In this document: positions 55,614-57,744 of the stretch, in pieces | How positions within the stretch are numbered: position 1 is the stretch's first letter | How the letters are laid out: each line of letters starts with the position of its first letter | Made by a program: the position numbers and the translations under genes | Notes under the pieces: model-generated | Database searches by the model: none | The model's input: only the letters and a program-made list of their open reading frames with translations | Told to the model about the DNA's origin: nothing | Source of the DNA: a virus | Lineage: Duplodnaviria; Caudoviricetes | Length of the DNA stretch: 57,744 nt | Reading direction: 5' to 3' (one strand) | Virus record (IMG/VR): IMGVR_UViG_3300025525_000003 | Location: 1-57,744 of that record

Positions 55614-55662
55614 CGTAGAAGGTGAGCGGGGGCGCGCTTGCGCGACCTCCGCTCGACCGTAG
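54892..55662 (+). CDS. DNA cytosine-5 methyltransferase, large (alpha) subunit lacking motif IX
   Basis: LFAGAGG (I), GGFPCQD (IV), VENS (VI), HRRERIW (VIII), LGNGQVP (X). Confidence 0.9.
   Translation: MNELALFAGAGGGILGGKLLGWRTVCAVERDAYAAQVLAQRQNDGCLEPFPIWSDVCSFDGRPWAGIVDVVSGGFPCQDISSAGKGEGLDGERSGLWREMARIVGEVRPRFVFVENSPMLTLRGLGTVLGDLASLGFDARWGVLGASAFGAPHRRERIWIAAYADRDFVRAPWALQDQARAADVHLGGTGEAGRVESWWKVQPEPCSVVHGVAGVVDELRPLGNGQVPCVAASAWRILTHNVEGERGRACATSARP
54896..55606 (+). CDS. Putative methyltransferase small (beta) subunit in the +1 frame, nested in alpha
   Basis: 236 open codons overlapping alpha; C-terminal SPSHAAWFMGWPEWWT resembles motif IX; stop abuts the attC core. Confidence 0.7.
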   Translation: MSWLFSRALVAEYSAASCSGGEPSAPLSVMPTPHKFWHSGKTMDALSLSRFGLTCAVLTEDLGRELLTLFLAASLAKTSAAQGKEKDSTANAPAFGEKWPGLLARFDRDSFLWRTPQCSLFEDSEPCLETWPRWGLMRAGECWELPPLVRHTEESESGLLPTLTVISCEHPGRFKIKPGQQTCISAELAKRDGWKVGGKYSPSHAAWFMGWPEWWTSLGRSVTDRFHAWQQAHGGF

Positions 55663-55670
55663 TGTTCGGC
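55608..55670 (-). repeat. Integron attC-type site 2 (63 bp)
   Basis: Minus strand: GCCGAAC-ACTAC-GGTCGAGC-GGAGGTCGCGCAAGCGCGCCCCC-GCTCACC-TTCTAC-GTTGTGC; L boxes pair perfectly apart from the canonical extra base. Confidence 0.85.
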
Positions 55671-55877
55671 GTATTACGGAGACTGACTTTATGAAGCTGA
55701 TGCAGCACGAAGGCAATTTCAGGCCGATAGCGATAGTGCTTGAGACAGAGGAAGACGCGGCCACATTCTGGGACATGGTACTGAGGATCGAGAAATGCAC
55801 GGACGTTGAGGCCGAGCATGACATGGCTGTGAAAATTTCCAACTGGTTCAGCAATCAGGCGAAGCTGTGACGCCGAA
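55614..55877 (-). mobile_element. Gene cassette B (264 bp), gene inverted relative to attC
   Basis: GTTCGGCGT (55664-55672) is the exact complement of ACGCCGAAC (55870-55878). Confidence 0.72.
55691..55870 (+). CDS. Cassette-borne hypothetical protein (59 aa, MKLMQHEGNF...)
   Basis: GGAG SD at 55678; stop TGA abuts the core site. Confidence 0.65.
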   Translation: MKLMQHEGNFRPIAIVLETEEDAATFWDMVLRIEKCTDVEAEHDMAVKISNWFSNQAKL

Positions 55878-55908
55878 CATTAAGTAGACCTTCCGTGCAA
55901 GGTAGACC
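55872..55908 (-). promoter_or_regulatory. attI-like recombination site
   Basis: Minus strand GGTCTAC-11nt-GGTCTAC-TTAAT-GTTCGGC: core G/TT, 5-nt spacer, L-like box and a direct repeat of that box; no attC hairpin. Confidence 0.55.
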
Positions 55909-56220
55909 ATGTATCGAGTGACCAAAAAAGCCGCAGCGCAGCGCACCAAGTTGGCGAACATTCGCCGGTCGCGCGACGCCGCCAGAATCGCCGAGCCGGC
56001 ACCGGACTATCCTGCCGTGCTGCCGGATCTGAGGCGGCGCATCACAATCGAAACATTCGACTTCGGCCATGAAATCCACGTCATCGAAATGTTCAGGTCT
56101 GACAGAATTGATTGCTTTCGCGTGGAGGTCGACGGCAAGCCATGGAAGGCGCGGATAGGCTGGTCACAAATCCTCGCCGGGTTGCGTAAGTCCATGCCGA
56201 GGGTGGGGGCGGCAGAATGA
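55909..56220 (+). CDS. Hypothetical protein
   Basis: 103-aa ORF, AAGG SD, ATGA-coupled to xis. Confidence 0.65.
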   Translation: MYRVTKKAAAQRTKLANIRRSRDAARIAEPAPDYPAVLPDLRRRITIETFDFGHEIHVIEMFRSDRIDCFRVEVDGKPWKARIGWSQILAGLRKSMPRVGAAE

Positions 56221-56468
56221 GCCTCGTCACCCAGATGTTCCTGCTCGACAAGTACGGACCGATTCTGTCTGTCGCCAACTTGGCCGACCTGATGGATCGC
56301 GACGAGCAGACCATCCGCAACCAGATCAGCGCCGGGGCATTCGAGATACCGACGACGCGCAACCGTAGCGGTCGCCGCGTCGCGCACTACCAGGATGCCG
56401 CCGCCTATATCGACAGTCTCAAATCCCCTTCGCCTTCTTCGCCTGCTCAAGCCGTTCGTGCAGCTTGA
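56217..56468 (+). CDS. Excisionase-like (PrtN/AlpA-type) DNA-binding protein
   Basis: LLDKYGP.LSV..LA..M.....TIRNQISAG.F.IP; last gene of the early operon, facing int. Confidence 0.7.
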   Translation: MSLVTQMFLLDKYGPILSVANLADLMDRDEQTIRNQISAGAFEIPTTRNRSGRRVAHYQDAAAYIDSLKSPSPSSPAQAVRAA

Positions 56469-57468
56469 TCGGGTCGATGTTGGTGTAGCGCTCCTGAACT
56501 TCCCATTTCCGCGGCCCACCGGCCGCCGTGATCTCCTGCGGGGTCAGTCCGAGCTCGGCCAGTGAACTGGTCGCCTCACGCTTCAAGTCGTGCAGATGCA
56601 GATTCTCGATGCCGCAGGCGTCGCAGGCCCATTTGAAATATTTGCTGACCGTGCCCGGCTTGAACGGAAAGATGCGTGGTTCGCCGTCGCGCCTTGGCTG
56701 GCGCTGGATGATCTCCCAGGCTTCGGCTGGCAGCAACACGAACTCGTCATTGCCTTCCTTTTTTCGCGGATGCTTGCGGTCGCGCACCACCACGCCGCGG
56801 CGCGCCGGATCAAGGTCGCGCCACTCGATGCGGGATACCTCTCCGCGGCGCAGGATGGACTGCCTGGCGACTTCTATGATGTCTTGCATGGGGATGTCGT
56901 ACTCGGGATGATCGCGGAACCAGCGGTAGATGCGTGCCAGTTCGTCGGCCTGTGGGCGCCTGGTGCGTTTCTTCGCCTCGGCGATCAGGCCGTAGTGCTG
57001 CAGGGTCGGCCGTGCCTCACCGACGATGTCCGGCAGGCGCAGGCGCAGCAGGCTGGCCGTGTGCTTGAGGACGGTGCCCAGCTTGGAGACCTCCATGTTG
57101 AGCGCCACAGGACCGCTGCCACCGCGCTTCCGGCCGGTGCCTTCGCGGCGCCGGCCCTGTGCCCAAGCCAGCAACTTGGCCGTGTCGAGCTCTGCCGCCG
57201 AATGGTGCCCAAGCCCATCGGCCAGGTGCGCGAGGATGTAGTGCTCGTTGCTTTTCGGGTTGATCGGCCGGCCCGAGGCGGCGCGGGCCTCGCGGTAAGC
57301 CAGAATGAGATCGGCAATCCTGGCGTTGCCGTGGTCGTTGCCGCCCTCGATCTCAAGCACCCAGCGCGCAGCTGCGGCTTTCGTCGGGAAGGTCTTTGAG
57401 ATAGACTTGCGGCCCGGCTGGCGGATCTGCGCGCGCCAGCGATTGCCGATCTTGAGAATGGATGCCAC
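56419..57468 (-). CDS. int: Tyrosine recombinase/phage integrase (not IntI)
   Basis: MASI.K....WRAQIR..G...SKTF.TK arm-binding N-terminus; LRRGEV, RDRKHP, HDLKRE, ERY. Confidence 0.88.
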   Translation of the reverse strand: MASILKIGNRWRAQIRQPGRKSISKTFPTKAAAARWVLEIEGGNDHGNARIADLILAYREARAASGRPINPKSNEHYILAHLADGLGHHSAAELDTAKLLAWAQGRRREGTGRKRGGSGPVALNMEVSKLGTVLKHTASLLRLRLPDIVGEARPTLQHYGLIAEAKKRTRRPQADELARIYRWFRDHPEYDIPMQDIIEVARQSILRRGEVSRIEWRDLDPARRGVVVRDRKHPRKKEGNDEFVLLPAEAWEIIQRQPRRDGEPRIFPFKPGTVSKYFKWACDACGIENLHLHDLKREATSSLAELGLTPQEITAAGGPRKWEVQERYTNIDPIKLHERLEQAKKAKGI

Positions 57469-57478
57469 ACCCGCCCCC

Positions 57479-57498
57479 TGTAGCAGTTTTGTAGCAGT
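57479..57498. promoter_or_regulatory. Putative integrase arm-type sites (right)
   Basis: TGTAGCAGT direct repeat at 57479-57487 and 57490-57498. Confidence 0.6.
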
Positions 57499-57634
57499 CG
57501 ATCAGGAGACGGGATTATAGAGTATCGGGGCAACGGTATAACGGACGGACCCGAAAAAAAGCAGGAACAGCATGAATTAAAAGGGATTTGCCAGCAACAT
57601 CAAAGGGTTGGTTCTTCCCATTGATGTACCCCCT

Positions 57635-57709
57635 CCCCTCGTAGTTCAATGGATAGAACGGCCGCCTCCTAAGCGGCAAATACAGGTTCGATTCCTGTCG
57701 AGGGGGCCA
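57635..57709 (+). tRNA. tRNA-Arg(CCT), containing the right att core (57637-57648)
   Basis: CCCCTCG-TA-GTTC..GAAC-G-GCCGC-CTCCTAA-GCGGC..ACAGG-TTCGATT-CCTGT-CGAGGGG-G-CCA. Confidence 0.95.
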
Positions 57710-57744
57710 GCCCGCAATTCCTCGGAGAAAGTCAGCACCATAGA

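Larger units (their letters stand above)
116..57648. mobile_element. Complete temperate prophage (lambdoid early genes, P22/N4-gp56-type podovirus virion genes) integrated at tRNA-Arg(CCT)
   Basis: Terminal 12-bp direct repeat CCTCGTAGTTCA at 116-127 and 57637-57648; integrase next to one end; full set of repressor, replication, lysis, packaging, head and tail genes in between. Confidence 0.93.

Noticed and set aside
54772-55670. The two palindromes as simple intrinsic terminators or REP elements
   Set aside because: No U-tracts; they show attC-specific box spacing and cross-gene core complementarity
54787-55854. 355-aa minus-strand ORF across the methyltransferase, in the normal cassette orientation
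   Set aside because: Runs across both attC sites and cassette boundaries, has no recognisable motifs, and is antisense to two motif-bearing frames; likely a by-product, though not formally excluded
56419-57468. Integrase as the integron integrase (IntI) for the adjacent cassette array
   Set aside because: It has a phage arm-binding N-terminus, no visible IntI-specific insertion, and is explained by the tRNA att sites and arm repeats

Overview
The window is essentially one complete ~57.5 kb temperate prophage of a GC-rich (probably betaproteobacterial) host. It is bounded by a 12-bp direct repeat CCTCGTAGTTCA (116-127 and 57637-57648), which is the 5' end of a tRNA-Arg(CCT) gene. The minus strand carries a lambdoid early-right/late arm: cro, a cII-position gene, replication initiator, DnaB, nin-like genes, a tRNA(CAT), the lysis cassette, terminases, a P22-like portal, scaffold, N4-gp56-type capsid, podovirus tail and ejection genes, and a 4201-aa polyvalent ejection protein. 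The plus strand carries cI, two genes in the rex position, and the PL early operon (RecT, YqaJ, HNH, DUF2303, C5 methyltransferase, xis), which converges on a tyrosine integrase. The most striking unexplained structure is at 54772-55908: two integron-type attC sites and an attI-like site, all on the minus strand, delimiting two gene cassettes. Their genes are inverted relative to attC, so they read with the phage early operon, and no IntI is present in the window. One cassette carries a two-subunit C5 DNA methyltransferase encoded in two almost fully overlapping reading frames. Other notable items are integration into the 5' end of a tRNA, an integrase with a non-canonical catalytic box, an 18-aa Lys/Gly micropeptide with a perfect Shine-Dalgarno, tandem pseudoknot-like repeats before the scaffold gene, and a 14-bp motif shared by two late intergenic regions. 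Family assignments are from motif recognition by eye; no database searches were run.
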